Source: Thermoanaerobaculia bacterium (GTDB lineage Bacteria; Acidobacteriota; Thermoanaerobaculia; Multivoradales; Multivoraceae). Taken from it: a stretch of 64,000 nt of DNA. The position numbers and the translations under genes are program-made. This document shows positions 9,722 to 20,251 of the stretch, in pieces; position 1 is the stretch's first letter, and the number at the start of each line of letters is the position of its first letter. Under the pieces are notes generated by a model. It was not told where the DNA came from, searched no databases, and saw only the letters and a program-made list of their open reading frames with translations. The stretch is from positions 4,736,001 through 4,800,000 of the forward strand of contig OY761158.1 in NCBI GenBank assembly GCA_963664405.1, written 5' to 3'.

Positions 9722-11173
9722 TCAGCCTCCAGGTGTTTGGGCGGCGCCTCGTTTGCGGCGTAGCTCCAGGATCTGCGGGTTTACGTGGTCTTCGGCCTGC
9801 TTCTCGGTGACGATGCCCTGGTCGCCTTGGTCGCGCATCCACGTCTCGAGCTCTAAGCTGAGTACCAGCTCCTCGTTTCGGAGGGAACGCTTGCCTGCGA
9901 GGTTGTTCATCTCGAGCGGATCGTTCCAGGTGTCGTAGAGCTCGGCGGCGGGGCGGTGCAGGTAGGCCTCGACTCGCGCGGCCGCGTGCGCGTCGCCGCT
10001 GGCCGCCTTCGCCTGCCACGAGGCGAAAACCGCATTCTGGGGCGGAACGGTGGTGATGTTCTGGTAGGTGGCCTCGGGCATCAGGTTGAGGATCAGTTTG
10101 TAACGGACACCCCTTACCGAGCGAATCGGATAGTCGACGCCACTGATGATGCCGCGGTTGGTGTGCACGCCGAAGACGTAGGCTCGATGGGCGGTGCGTT
10201 CACCGGTCAGGACATCGAAGAAGCTCAGACCGTCCAGATTCGCCGCCGGCTCACCCCCCGCCACCTGCAACAGTGTCGGCACGACATCGACATATTGCAC
10301 CATGGCGTCGGTTCGTGAGCCGGCCTCGACGTGGCCGGGCCAGCGCACCACAAAGGCGGTGTGCAGGCCGGTGTCGTAGAGAGTCCATTTGCCGAAGGGC
10401 AGCTGCGAGCCCTGCTCGCTGGTGTAGATGACGAGGGTGTCGTCGGTCAGCTTCGCTTTGTCCAGAGCGTCGAGAAGGGTCCCGACCTGGCCGTCGAAGT
10501 GGGTGATCTCGGCGTAGTAGCGCGCCAGGGTGTCGCGGGTCTCCGGGGTGTCGACGAAATAGGGGGGGAGTGTCAGCTTGGCCCGGTCGAACTGGGAGGC
10601 ATCTCCCTGGGTCAGGGGTGCGTGGGGGTCGTGGGAGGCCATGATCAGAAAGAAGGGCTGGGATTTGTCTAGCACCATGAAGGCCTGTGCCGCAGCCAGG
10701 CCCGGGTCGCTTCCGACCTCTTCCGCTTTCATATCCCCCAGCATCTCGAAGGGGAAGGAATCGGCTGGGCCGACATGCGACTTGCCGGCGAGGCCGACCC
10801 GGTAGCCGAGCGCGTCGAAGTAGTGGACCATGCTCTTGGTGCCGTCGCGGACGATGCTGTGATTCGGGTAGGCGCCACTGCGCACCGGATAGAGCCCGGT
10901 ATAGAGCTGTTGGCGAGTGGGGGAGCACATCGCGGTCCTGGTGAAGGCGCGAGTGAACAGCATCCCTTCGCTTGCGAGCCTGTCGATATTCGGCGTTGGA
11001 ACATCTGGATTGCCGTAAGCGCCGGAGTCGCTCCAGGTTTGATCGTCGGCGAGTAGAACGACGATATTGGGGCGCCCAGCATTGGGGCGCCCGGCATTAG
11101 GCTGCTCGGCCGCGGCACCGATGCCGGCTGCCACGAGTACGGTCAGGAAGAGGGCTGATCTCACTGTGCTCAC
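9722..11173 (-). CDS. Sulfatase (sulfamidase-like)
   Basis: PNIVVLLADD, CSPTR, DPHAP, ELYD..NDPLEMNNLA. Confidence 0.9.
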   Translation of the reverse strand: MSTVRSALFLTVLVAAGIGAAAEQPNAGRPNAGRPNIVVLLADDQTWSDSGAYGNPDVPTPNIDRLASEGMLFTRAFTRTAMCSPTRQQLYTGLYPVRSGAYPNHSIVRDGTKSMVHYFDALGYRVGLAGKSHVGPADSFPFEMLGDMKAEEVGSDPGLAAAQAFMVLDKSQPFFLIMASHDPHAPLTQGDASQFDRAKLTLPPYFVDTPETRDTLARYYAEITHFDGQVGTLLDALDKAKLTDDTLVIYTSEQGSQLPFGKWTLYDTGLHTAFVVRWPGHVEAGSRTDAMVQYVDVVPTLLQVAGGEPAANLDGLSFFDVLTGERTAHRAYVFGVHTNRGIISGVDYPIRSVRGVRYKLILNLMPEATYQNITTVPPQNAVFASWQAKAASGDAHAAARVEAYLHRPAAELYDTWNDPLEMNNLAGKRSLRNEELVLSLELETWMRDQGDQGIVTEKQAEDHVNPQILELRRKRGAAQTPGG

Positions 11174-11195
11174 GGTTTCGGACCAGCTCTTCGTG

Positions 11196-12392
11196 TTATT
11201 CCGCTCGCAGGGCGTCGATGGGGTCGAGGGAGGCTGCCCGATGGGCTGGTAGGACCCCGGACAATATGCCGGTCACCAGACTGATGCCGACGGCGAGTAG
11301 AGCGAAGCTGATTGGCGTTCTGATCGGGAGGCCCGGCACTGCCCCGCGCAAGATGAAGCATAGACCCAGGGCCGCCCCGAGGCCGAGGATACCGCCCACA
11401 GTCGACAGCGCTGCCGACTCGGCCAGAAAGACGAAACGCACCTGCTTTCGCGTCGCGCCGATCGATCGCATTAGACCAATCTCGCGAGTACGCTCGCCGA
11501 CCGCGATCCACATCATGGTCAGAATCCCCACCGCGCCGACCAGAAGCGAGATACCGGCAATGGCCGCAACGCCGAGAGTGATGATGTTCATGACCGTATC
11601 GAAGGTCTCGAGCATCGCCGCCTGGTTCATGATCGAGACGTCGTCGCGGCCGCCGTGGCGCTCCATGAGCAAGGCTCGGACTGCCTCTTCGACCTCCTCT
11701 ACCGCGTAGGAGGGGGGAAAGACGATATCGATCTCCATCAGCTCGTCGACGTTGAAGAGCCTCATCGCAGTAGCCACCGGAAGATAGGCGGCATCGCCGA
11801 TGTCGAAGCCGAGCATGTCGCCCTTGGGCTCCATGATTCCAACCACTCTGAAGCGGCCCCCGGCGATGCGAACGAATTGTCCGAGGGCCGACTCCTCGCC
11901 GAAGAGCTCCCGCGCCAGAGTCGGTCCGAGAACCGCCATCGAGGAGCCCTCGCGCGGATCGCCGGCCGGCCAGAACGAGCCCTGGCGGACTTTGAACTGG
12001 AAGACATCAGCGATCTCCGGCGTAGTGCCGTAGATGAAGACGCTCCGACCTCGGCCCCCGCCTTCGACCTGAGCGCTGCCCATCGCCATCGGCATCGCGT
12101 TCTGGACCTCGGGCAGCCGCTCGAGGGCAAGCGCGTCTTCCAGGGTGAGCGGATGGGTGGTGCCGCCGAGGACGCCGGGTATCCCGAGTGTTTCGCTCTT
12201 GCCAGGGTTGACTGCGATGATATTGGTTCCGAACTGAGTGAAGAGCTCGATCAGATAGGTGCGCGTGCCTTCGCCGATCGAGGTCAAGAGCACTACCGAG
12301 CCGACCCCCACTGCGATGCCGAGCATCGACAGCAGCGAGCGCAGGCGGTGACCGTACACCGCGTTCCAGGCGAGAGGGATCAGACCGGCCAT
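11196..12392 (-). CDS. MacB-type ABC transporter permease
   Basis: RSLLSMLGIAVGV, ISLLVGAVGI, ERTREIG. Confidence 0.9.
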   Translation of the reverse strand: MAGLIPLAWNAVYGHRLRSLLSMLGIAVGVGSVVLLTSIGEGTRTYLIELFTQFGTNIIAVNPGKSETLGIPGVLGGTTHPLTLEDALALERLPEVQNAMPMAMGSAQVEGGGRGRSVFIYGTTPEIADVFQFKVRQGSFWPAGDPREGSSMAVLGPTLARELFGEESALGQFVRIAGGRFRVVGIMEPKGDMLGFDIGDAAYLPVATAMRLFNVDELMEIDIVFPPSYAVEEVEEAVRALLMERHGGRDDVSIMNQAAMLETFDTVMNIITLGVAAIAGISLLVGAVGILTMMWIAVGERTREIGLMRSIGATRKQVRFVFLAESAALSTVGGILGLGAALGLCFILRGAVPGLPIRTPISFALLAVGISLVTGILSGVLPAHRAASLDPIDALRAE

Positions 12393-13594
12393 CAGCGTCT
12401 CGCCAATGCCTCGACCGGCTCCAAGCGCGTGGCCTTGCGTGCAGGCAAGGTGCCGAAGACCAGACCGAAGCCAAGGGCAACCGTGATCGCCGCGACAATG
12501 GCCCAGATCGGGGTGGTCACCGGGAAGGCGGGGTAGAGAGTGCGGATCAACCATCCGGCGGACATGCCGGTGAGAACTCCGACGGCACCTCCGGTGGTAG
12601 ACAGCAAGGCTGCCTCGGCCAGAAAGACGCCGAGAATCTGACGGCGACCAACACCGAGCGCGCGCAGCAGACCGATCTCTGCGGTTCGTTCGGACACCGA
12701 GACGAGCATTACGTTCATGATACCGATGCCGGCCACCGACAGCGAAACGGCGGCGATGGCGACAAGGGCCAGAGTGAGCACGGTGAGTATGGTCCCCAGG
12801 GTCGAGACCACCGCATCCTGCGTTAGGAGTGAGAAGTCGAGCTCGCCGTGACGCTCGAGTAGCACCGCCTCGATCTTTTCCCCGGCCCTGGCAATGTCGG
12901 CGTGGGCATGGGTCTGGAAAACGATTCTGAACAGCGAGCTACGATTGAAGATCTGCATCGCGGTGGCGACGGGAATGAAGACGATGTCGTTCAAGTCGAT
13001 ACCCACCTGCATACCGTGCTCGGCAAGCACACCGATGACCCGAACGCGCCTGTCGCCGATGCGGATGGTGCGCCCAACAGCGTTCTCTTCGCGAAAGAGC
13101 TCTCTGGCGGTCTTGCGACCGAGGACGGCAACTGAGCTGCCGCGATCGAGATCGCCCTCGGGGAGGAACTCTCCCTGGGAGACGCCGAACCCCTGGACCG
13201 GCATGATCTCGTGGGTGGTTCCGAGCACAGCTACCTGACGCCGACGCTCACCGTAGGCGATGCTCTCCGTTCCGGTGACGCCGGGGGCGAAGCGAAGCAC
13301 CTCGGGCACCGCGCGCTGGATCGCCTCGGCGTCCTGCAGGGTGAGGTCGTTGGGGACACCCATGACTCCCGGAAAGGTGCCGGTAGTCTCGTTGCGCCCG
13401 GGAATGACGATGATCAAGTTGCTGCCGAGAGTGGAGAACTGCTGGGTGACGAAAAGGCGGGCGCCTTCACCGAGGGAAGTCAGCAGGATCACTGCTGCGA
13501 CACCGATCGACATACCCGTCAACGAAAGCACGGTGCGCAGACGGTGCCCCCACAGCGCACTACCGGCGAAGCCGATCAGGTCACGAAGGCTCAT
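12392..13594 (-). CDS. MacB-type ABC transporter permease
   Basis: GIGIMNVMLVSVSERTAEIG. Confidence 0.9.
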   Translation of the reverse strand: MSLRDLIGFAGSALWGHRLRTVLSLTGMSIGVAAVILLTSLGEGARLFVTQQFSTLGSNLIIVIPGRNETTGTFPGVMGVPNDLTLQDAEAIQRAVPEVLRFAPGVTGTESIAYGERRRQVAVLGTTHEIMPVQGFGVSQGEFLPEGDLDRGSSVAVLGRKTARELFREENAVGRTIRIGDRRVRVIGVLAEHGMQVGIDLNDIVFIPVATAMQIFNRSSLFRIVFQTHAHADIARAGEKIEAVLLERHGELDFSLLTQDAVVSTLGTILTVLTLALVAIAAVSLSVAGIGIMNVMLVSVSERTAEIGLLRALGVGRRQILGVFLAEAALLSTTGGAVGVLTGMSAGWLIRTLYPAFPVTTPIWAIVAAITVALGFGLVFGTLPARKATRLEPVEALARR

Positions 13595-13613
13595 GCGATG
13601 GGACCCAGCATGC

Positions 13614-14318
13614 TCATGCGACGACTACCGGTCCGGTGACTTCGGCGCCGGTGAGACGTCGCTCGATCGATCCGTCGACCAGAACGATCACCCGGTCCGC
13701 ACGTTCGGCTACCGCCGGATCGTGGGTGACCACGACCAGGGTGAGACCCTCGCTGTTGAGACCGTCGAGAATGTCCAGAATCTGTCGCCCCGATGCGGTG
13801 TCGAGGTTGCCGGTCGGCTCGTCCGCGAGCAACACCTTGGGGCGCGTCACCATCGCGCGGGCCAGAGCGACACGCTGCATCTCTCCGCCGGAGAGCTGAT
13901 CGGGGCGGTGCTCGGCACGCTCGGCGAGTCCCAGACTCGCTAAGGTCTCGTGGGCTCGCCGCCGCCTCTCGCTGCGCCCGACTCCTTCGAAGATCAAGGG
14001 TAGCTCGACGTTGCCGACCGCGCTGAGCCGGTGCACCAGGTGAAAGAACTGAAAGACAAAGCCGATCTTGTGGCGTCGGATCGCGGTCAGCTCAGCGTCG
14101 CTCAGTTGGCTGACGTCGTCGCCGTCGAGGCGATAGGTCCCCGAGCTCGGACGATCGAGACAGCCGAGAACGTTGAGCAGGGTCGACTTGCCCGAGCCCG
14201 AAGGCCCCATGATCGCGATGTGTTCGCCGTCGGCGATCTCTTCGCTGATGTCGACCAGGGCGTGGACCGGGCGTCCTCCGACATCAAAAGTGCGGCTGAT
14301 GTGCTCGAGCTCGATCAC
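13614..14318 (-). CDS. ABC transporter ATP-binding protein (LolD/MacB-like)
   Basis: GPSGSGKST, LSGGE, LLADEPTGNLD; GTG start overlapping upstream stop. Confidence 0.93.
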   Translation of the reverse strand: MIELEHISRTFDVGGRPVHALVDISEEIADGEHIAIMGPSGSGKSTLLNVLGCLDRPSSGTYRLDGDDVSQLSDAELTAIRRHKIGFVFQFFHLVHRLSAVGNVELPLIFEGVGRSERRRRAHETLASLGLAERAEHRPDQLSGGEMQRVALARAMVTRPKVLLADEPTGNLDTASGRQILDILDGLNSEGLTLVVVTHDPAVAERADRVIVLVDGSIERRLTGAEVTGPVVVA

Positions 14319-15475
14319 GGCGAAGCCGATGGCGCGGCCTCGGGCGTGGCGACCAGGGCGCCTGCTTTGATTTCGGGACGGTCGAGCGAGACTACGAGAA
14401 GATCCCCTTCGTCGACGCCGCTCTGGACCTCTGTGAAATTCCAGTTCTTGAGCCCGACCTCGAGTTGTCGCTCGGCCAGCTGCTCGCCTTCGACGATCAG
14501 AACCTTGTTGCCCTGCATCAGAGCGCCGGTCGGTACTCGTAGCACCTCTTCGCGGGTCTCGAGCAGGACCTCGACATCGGCCGAAGTACCGGGGCGCAAC
14601 TGCGCTGCCAGCTCTCGGTCGTCGAGCTCGACCTCGATCTCGACGGTGCGATTCTGGGCTTCGAGGTCGAGCACGAACACCGCAACTCGGGTTACGCGCC
14701 CCGGAAACTCCTGCCCTCGATGGGAGTCGACGGTCACCCGGACCGGTTGACCCTCTTTGACCTGGGCCGAGTCGGTCTCGTCCATCGGCGCACTGATGTA
14801 GATCGAGGTCGGGTCGAGCAGATCGATGACCGGTGGGATCGGCAGGGCCGGCGGCGAGGGCGACGCCCACTCCCCGATCTCCACCGAAACGTCGGCCAGA
14901 ACGCCGCTGAAGGGGGCCCGCAGCACGGTCTTCTCGAGCTCCACCTGCGCCAGGCCGACGGCCGATCTCGCGCGATCGTGATCCGAGCGCGACGCATCAC
15001 AGGCTGCGGCTGCCGACTCAGCCATACTGCGGACTTCGTCGAGAACATCGGCCGAGATGATCTCTTCTTCGGCCAGCCTTCGCATCCTCTCGGTCTCGCG
15101 CCTCGCCCGCTCGGCCGAGGCGCAGGCCTGAATCTGGCGTGCCGCGGCCGCGGCACGCTCCTTGGTGCTGAGATCGAGACGGGCCCTTTGCAGACTGTCA
15201 TCGATACGAAGAACGACGGAGCCCTTTTCGACCCAGTCACCTTCCCTGAAGGGGATCTCGACAGCGTTGCCGCCGTACTCGGGCGACATCCGAGTACGCA
15301 ACCGCGCCTTGACCGTCCCGGCGCGGGTGTTCGTCACGGTCTGCTCGACGGTGCCGTGGCCGACTTCGACGGTCCGAACCTCGACTGGCTTGGGCCGCAG
15401 CAGATACGACTGGGCCGCCCATATCGCAGCAACGACAAGGGCCGGAATTACCAGACGGAAGGCCCAACGCCGCAT
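14315..15475 (-). CDS. Efflux periplasmic adaptor (MacA-like membrane fusion protein)
   Basis: N-terminal TM, coiled hairpin, LRAPFSG, LRPGTSADVEV. Confidence 0.88.
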   Translation of the reverse strand: MRRWAFRLVIPALVVAAIWAAQSYLLRPKPVEVRTVEVGHGTVEQTVTNTRAGTVKARLRTRMSPEYGGNAVEIPFREGDWVEKGSVVLRIDDSLQRARLDLSTKERAAAAARQIQACASAERARRETERMRRLAEEEIISADVLDEVRSMAESAAAACDASRSDHDRARSAVGLAQVELEKTVLRAPFSGVLADVSVEIGEWASPSPPALPIPPVIDLLDPTSIYISAPMDETDSAQVKEGQPVRVTVDSHRGQEFPGRVTRVAVFVLDLEAQNRTVEIEVELDDRELAAQLRPGTSADVEVLLETREEVLRVPTGALMQGNKVLIVEGEQLAERQLEVGLKNWNFTEVQSGVDEGDLLVVSLDRPEIKAGALVATPEAAPSASP

Positions 15476-15700
15476 CGCTTTCACTTTAGCACCGAAGGTC
15501 CTGGTCCCGGCCAACACCCGCCCGGGTAGTTGCTCCACTCCGTTTCTGTCGGCAACAAGCTAGCGCTGATGTTCGCCAGCGTTTGTCCGCTTGCGTTCGG
15601 CGTCGGCGGCGTTCTGGTGAGCCGGTCCGCCAGGCAGGCGCTGGAGTCACCGACAAGTACATCCTGTGGACGGGCTGGGCATTCTAGGCGGAGGACCGCT

Positions 15701-16117
15701 CTACAACGAGCCGCGTGGAGCAATCCACTGCGTAGACTGGCCCGTAATCTTGGAGATGCGATCGTAATCGGTGTCGTAGTGCAGAACGATCGCTTCCCCC
15801 GTCTCCGCGGCAGCGGCGATCACCAGGTCGGCGATCTTGACGCTGCGGTGGTGGAGGCCGCCTGCGCGTGAGAGGTCTCGCTGCACCTTGAGCGCGCGCT
15901 CGAAGGTGGAGGAGTCGGTAGGAATGATGTGGAGACCGGACAGCTCTTCAGCGAGCGCCGCGTAGTCCTCCGCGGACCGCGCCGACCAAAGAATCTCGAG
16001 CCGGACCTGATCGCAGATTGCCAGCAGGTCCCTCTCGAGAAGCTGGTTCCACTCACGCGCCACATCGGGGTTGGTGGAATGGTGCCAGGCACTTGTGTCG
16101 ACACAGAAAAGCGTCAT
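15701..16117 (-). CDS. vapC: PIN-domain toxin
   Basis: [23 protein letters not shown] acidic PIN residues. Confidence 0.88.
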   Translation of the reverse strand: MTLFCVDTSAWHHSTNPDVAREWNQLLERDLLAICDQVRLEILWSARSAEDYAALAEELSGLHIIPTDSSTFERALKVQRDLSRAGGLHHRSVKIADLVIAAAAETGEAIVLHYDTDYDRISKITGQSTQWIAPRGSL

Positions 16118-16326
16118 CGCCGAGGTCGAATTTCAGCGAGGCGCTCGGGTGAACGCTCGATCCCCATACCGGTTTCGATCCGTTCGGCGAGTCGCTCTCG
16201 AAGACGGCGACGAATCGCCTCTCTGAACGCCTCTTCGACTGTATCCTTTAGACCTGTCGTGCCGAGCGCCTGCTGAGCCTTACGCAGCAGCCCGTCATCG
16301 ACGTCGAGAGTGGTGCGTCTGTGCAT
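16114..16326 (-). CDS. vapB: VapB-family antitoxin
   Basis: [12 protein letters not shown]...LGT...KDTV pattern; ATGA overlap with vapC. Confidence 0.85.
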   Translation of the reverse strand: MHRRTTLDVDDGLLRKAQQALGTTGLKDTVEEAFREAIRRRLRERLAERIETGMGIERSPERLAEIRPRR

Positions 16327-16376
16327 GGCGTAACTATATACAAAACTGTCCACATTTTATATATCCACGATGGAGC

Positions 16377-17462
16377 TCAGTCTAGGCGCAGCACTCGATT
16401 GGCGACCGAATCGTCGGATCGCGTCGAGCCCCACTCGCCCTGGGTGGTGTGAGTGGAGACCAGCCGATGTTCCTGCTGCCAGGGCGCATTTGGATTCTCG
16501 CGCCTCAGAAGCCTTACCTCGCAGGAGCAGAGGTCGTGATGCAGAACCCAATAGGCTGAACCGTCCGGATCGCGATACTCCGCTTCTACCAGCAGAGCCG
16601 GATCCCAGGAGAGCTCGGCCTCGATGCGTAGCTCCTCGCTCTCCACGGTGATGCGCCACCAACCCGGTCCGCGCTCGTTGTGGGAGGTCGATTGATCGAC
16701 CAGGGAGAGGAGCTGGTACTCCTCTTCGCCGAGGCGTAGGTAGGCGAGGTGGGCCGCGGACTCTGCCGACCCACCGGCCGCCGGATCGGCCCCGTGCAGG
16801 CCAAGCTCGGCGTCGTCGACGCCGTCGAAGTCGCAGCAGTGGGCCCAGAAGCTGAGCGCGGCGTGTTTCCGCCCCCAGATGTGCATCTGCTCACCACTCG
16901 CCCCAACGAGCTCGACCCGCCGACCGTCGATCTCGATCCAGCCGCTGAAGCGACCCGCGGAGTATGGGCTCATATAGCCCGCGGGTAAGCGATCCCCGGC
17001 ATAGAGCTCCGCCGCGATCGGCAGATACGGGGGTCTCGGGGTCGAGATCACGAGCTCCCAGGCGAGGCGATGGCCGCCCCCCTCCAGCACCCCGTCGCAG
17101 GCGCCGGTGGCCAGCTGGCCGTCGCCGAGGCGAAGACGAAAGGGCGATCGAGCGGGGTCGAGGGCGTCGAGACCGTACTCGCGCATGAGACCGAAGCATT
17201 CTCCGCCTTCGCGGCTGTCGAAGACCGTTGCCCACAGCTCGCACCAGCCCTCCTCGGGTCGCTGCGGCGGCGCCTGAACGACGTAGCGGACCCAGGCTCC
17301 GAGCTGCGACGCCGGAACGCTGAGCATCAGGCAGTAGATCTCGTAGTAGCCCGCGGCGACACCAGGTTCGAGGCGCAGCACATTGGTTTCGTCTCGCGAC
17401 ATTGACCTGGATGCCCCTCCGAGGCCCTGCGCTCCGATTCCCCGCAGTCCCAACTCACTCAT
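16377..17462 (-). CDS. Tocopherol-cyclase/AttH-like beta-barrel protein
   Basis: YYEIY, WVRY, FSGWIEIDG, HIWGRKHA..WAHC, YRDPDG motifs; ATGA-coupled to upstream gene. Confidence 0.55.
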   Translation of the reverse strand: MSELGLRGIGAQGLGGASRSMSRDETNVLRLEPGVAAGYYEIYCLMLSVPASQLGAWVRYVVQAPPQRPEEGWCELWATVFDSREGGECFGLMREYGLDALDPARSPFRLRLGDGQLATGACDGVLEGGGHRLAWELVISTPRPPYLPIAAELYAGDRLPAGYMSPYSAGRFSGWIEIDGRRVELVGASGEQMHIWGRKHAALSFWAHCCDFDGVDDAELGLHGADPAAGGSAESAAHLAYLRLGEEEYQLLSLVDQSTSHNERGPGWWRITVESEELRIEAELSWDPALLVEAEYRDPDGSAYWVLHHDLCSCEVRLLRRENPNAPWQQEHRLVSTHTTQGEWGSTRSDDSVANRVLRLD

Positions 17463-18979
17463 ATCGACCTCTCCTCGGCAGTGGGCGGCGGCAGAGAGAG
17501 GTGGGGGCTCTCCGTGGCCCTTGCCGGCTCGAAGGCGGCCACGGGCTCGTCCGTTCGTACTTGCTCGAGCCAGAACACGCCGTCCCAATTGCCGCTGTTG
17601 CCGCGGGTGGCGACGATATCGATATCGCCGTCCCCATCCATGTCCTGGGGGATGAACTCGTCGTACATGCCCCGGACCCGTCGTGAAACATCGTGGCGCC
17701 GCCATTCCGAGCTGAGGTCGCCGCCGGGGTTCTCGAACCAGGCGATACGCCCGACGATGGTCTCGGCCGTTGCGTCGGGGTTGTCCCGATCGCGCGGCGG
17801 GTCACTGTAGCCGCCGGTGAAGAGATCGAGATCGCCGTCCTCGTCGACGTCGACGAGCAGCACTCCGGTGGCGTGGTCCGGGGTGATGGATCCGATCATG
17901 TGGATCCGCCACGCGTCCTCGAAGCTCTCCGGCTGCTCGAGCCAGACGTTCGAGACCGGGTTCTCCTGGGTCACCACATCCAGCCGGCCGTCGCCGTTCA
18001 AGTCGGCGAAGTCGACACTCATACCGGTGAGATGGCGGGCACCGGGCTCGAGCGCTACATTGCGCCCTGTCACTTCCATCGTGTGCTCGCGAAAGCGGAG
18101 CTCTCCCTCACTTTCCTCGAGCAGGTTCTCCAGCCAGAAGGTCCTGGCCTCGGGGCGGCTGCCGGCGAGGATGTCGAGATCGCCGTCGCCGTCGAGGTCC
18201 ACCGGTCGTGAGTTGATCGGCATCTTGGCCCGCGCCACAACCTTCTCGGTCCAACTCTCCGACAGCAGCGGGTCGCCGTTGATCTCGAAGATCGAGACTT
18301 CGGTGAGCGGCCAGTTGGTGGGAAACACGGTCGGCATCGGACCGGTCTCCGGCTGCGGATTCCAATCGCCTTTGTTTGGCGCCACCGCCTCCAGCCGTCC
18401 ATCTTGGTTGAGATCGGCGAGATAGACGCGAATCCACGACCCTCGGCTGCTCGTCGCTTCCGGGATCACTCGTGGCCACTTGCCGGCGCGCGCTTCTTCG
18501 GGGCCTGGGTTCTGGAAGTAGATGAGGTGGCCAAGCTCACAGGCGATGAGGAGATCGAGCAGCCCGTCGCCGTTGACATCGGCGATCGCGATGTCTTCGG
18601 CGGCCTTCGCCTCGTCGCCTTCGGCCAGGGTGGCGAGCTCCCAGGTGTCGGGATCTTCACTGCCGAAGGCGAGGCGCACATGGTCGCTGTCTTCGTGCAC
18701 GGAAACGATGTCGAGATGTCCGTCTCCATCGAGGTCGGCCATCTTGAGCCCGTCGGCGCCGCGGATCGGAACGCCGCCGATCTGCTCGTCGTCGATCAGG
18801 TGCTCCTTCCAGGAGATGTAGCGACCGTCCGCCGCCTTGGCCTGTGTCGGGGTCGCCGCTACGACAGGGGCCTTCGTCGGTGGATCGTCGGCGCAGGCCA
18901 CGCTGAGCGCCGAACCCAAGCACACCACCAGCAATCGGCGAGCCCACACCCAACGGTCACTTGTCTTTGCTTGCTTCAT
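17459..18979 (-). CDS. FG-GAP/VCBS-repeat lipoprotein
   Basis: Multiple DLDGDGxLD repeats; lipobox-like LSVAC. Confidence 0.85.
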   Translation of the reverse strand: MKQAKTSDRWVWARRLLVVCLGSALSVACADDPPTKAPVVAATPTQAKAADGRYISWKEHLIDDEQIGGVPIRGADGLKMADLDGDGHLDIVSVHEDSDHVRLAFGSEDPDTWELATLAEGDEAKAAEDIAIADVNGDGLLDLLIACELGHLIYFQNPGPEEARAGKWPRVIPEATSSRGSWIRVYLADLNQDGRLEAVAPNKGDWNPQPETGPMPTVFPTNWPLTEVSIFEINGDPLLSESWTEKVVARAKMPINSRPVDLDGDGDLDILAGSRPEARTFWLENLLEESEGELRFREHTMEVTGRNVALEPGARHLTGMSVDFADLNGDGRLDVVTQENPVSNVWLEQPESFEDAWRIHMIGSITPDHATGVLLVDVDEDGDLDLFTGGYSDPPRDRDNPDATAETIVGRIAWFENPGGDLSSEWRRHDVSRRVRGMYDEFIPQDMDGDGDIDIVATRGNSGNWDGVFWLEQVRTDEPVAAFEPARATESPHLSLPPPTAEERSI

Positions 18980-19033
18980 CGAGGAGCGACCAACAGTGTC
19001 GCCGCACTTCTGGGAGCTGTCAACTATCCCTGG

Positions 19034-19793
19034 CTATTCGTCTTCCGGCCAACGAAAGATGCGGGGGTAGTCGCGCTGCCCGAGGGAACCAAAGAGATCG
19101 TTCCGAACCGCGACAAACTGGCCCTGCTCCACTCTTGTGGCGTGGAACCGACTTGGTGACCTTCTCCTGCCAGGCTGTCGGTATACGATCGAGTACCCGT
19201 TGACTCTCACCAGCTCCTCGTTCTTGTCCAGCTCGAAGAGCACATCCGGGCGCGGTAAGTCGCAAGTGGCCTCGAGCTCGCCGAGCCTGGCGAAGTACTC
19301 GCGGTAGCTGAGCCAGGCTCCCAGCGCGCTGCGCGGGACGTTGCCAAGAGCTGGACAGGTGACGACGTCGGACGTGGTCAGCCCCAGGCGATCGATCCAG
19401 CGTAGCTGGCCCGGACGACGTAGGCCGAGATGAAAGGGAACGATCCCCATCTGTTGGCTCAATAAGCAGAAAGAACAGCGAGCCGATGCGGGCGGCGTGA
19501 AGCGGTCCAAGCACACCGCCCAGAAGCCATTCGTTCTGACCGAAGACCCACTTTGCGAGGGGAGGATGCTCGGCGTTGTAGCGCCACATGTCATAGATAC
19601 CCTGCGCGCCGAGCGCCTCAGGGTCGGCAATGAGCCATCGCAACCAAGCCATGGCCTTTCGCCCTGCCGAAATATAGAAGAGCTCGTCGAAGGACATCCC
19701 CATCGAAGGAGCCAGCAGCAAGAACATGCCGATCGCCAACACGAGCCCCGGCAAGAGCGCGACGAGGTCACGGAACAGCCCGTGCTGCGACAA
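19034..19793 (-). pseudogene. ArnT/PMT-like (GT-C) glycosyltransferase remnant, internally deleted and frameshifted
   Basis: AGGAGG RBS; SFDELFY...EHPPLAK N-terminal motif; similarity stops near 19460 and continues in another frame. Confidence 0.6.
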
Positions 19794-19959
19794 TCCTCCC
19801 TGGATCGCTCTCTCGGCGTGGCTCAGGTCGTTAGAAATGATGGGTCCTCTTACTCTTCGCGGTGGCCACGCGGCTTTGTCAGTGTGGGGGAGACTACGCG
19901 CCGATCTTAGCGGCTACACTGTGGAATCATTCAGGCCTCGATGCGCTTCTCTCTTCTGG

Positions 19960-20037
19960 GTGTGCAGCCCGTCCCGAGCAGGGCTGATGAGCGGCCGTTA
20001 TCAGAACCGCTTCGGCTACGACTTCAACGACAACCAC
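19960..20037 (+). pseudogene. Isolated sulfatase active-site fragment
   Basis: VCSPSRAGLMSGRYQNRFG with no flanking sulfatase sequence. Confidence 0.7.
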
Positions 20038-20194
20038 ACCCCAGGTGAAGCTCGATCCGGGTCGACGGGGTGCCGATCCGGCTCGTTTTCTGAGCTAACA
20101 GCGGTGGATTTCATTTCCCGGTGTCCTCGAGCCGAGATCCGGTTGACCATGGATCTACCGCCCGGCTATCGTAGTGACTGCTTGGAGCCCGGTA

Positions 20195-20251
20195 GTGCTG
20201 CAACAGCGAACCGGCGTGGTCGTGCAAAGAGACACTGACACAGGGACCTTA
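20195..20251 (+). pseudogene. Probable separated 5' end of the sugar transferase (rest at 32837-33577)
   Basis: GGAG RBS then GTG; reads in frame through the TTA target into LASFPAAAGEE of the transferase. Confidence 0.5.

Noticed and set aside
11068-11102. 15-nt tandem duplication (PNAGR x2) in sulfatase N-terminus
   Set aside because: In-frame linker slippage with no evident significance
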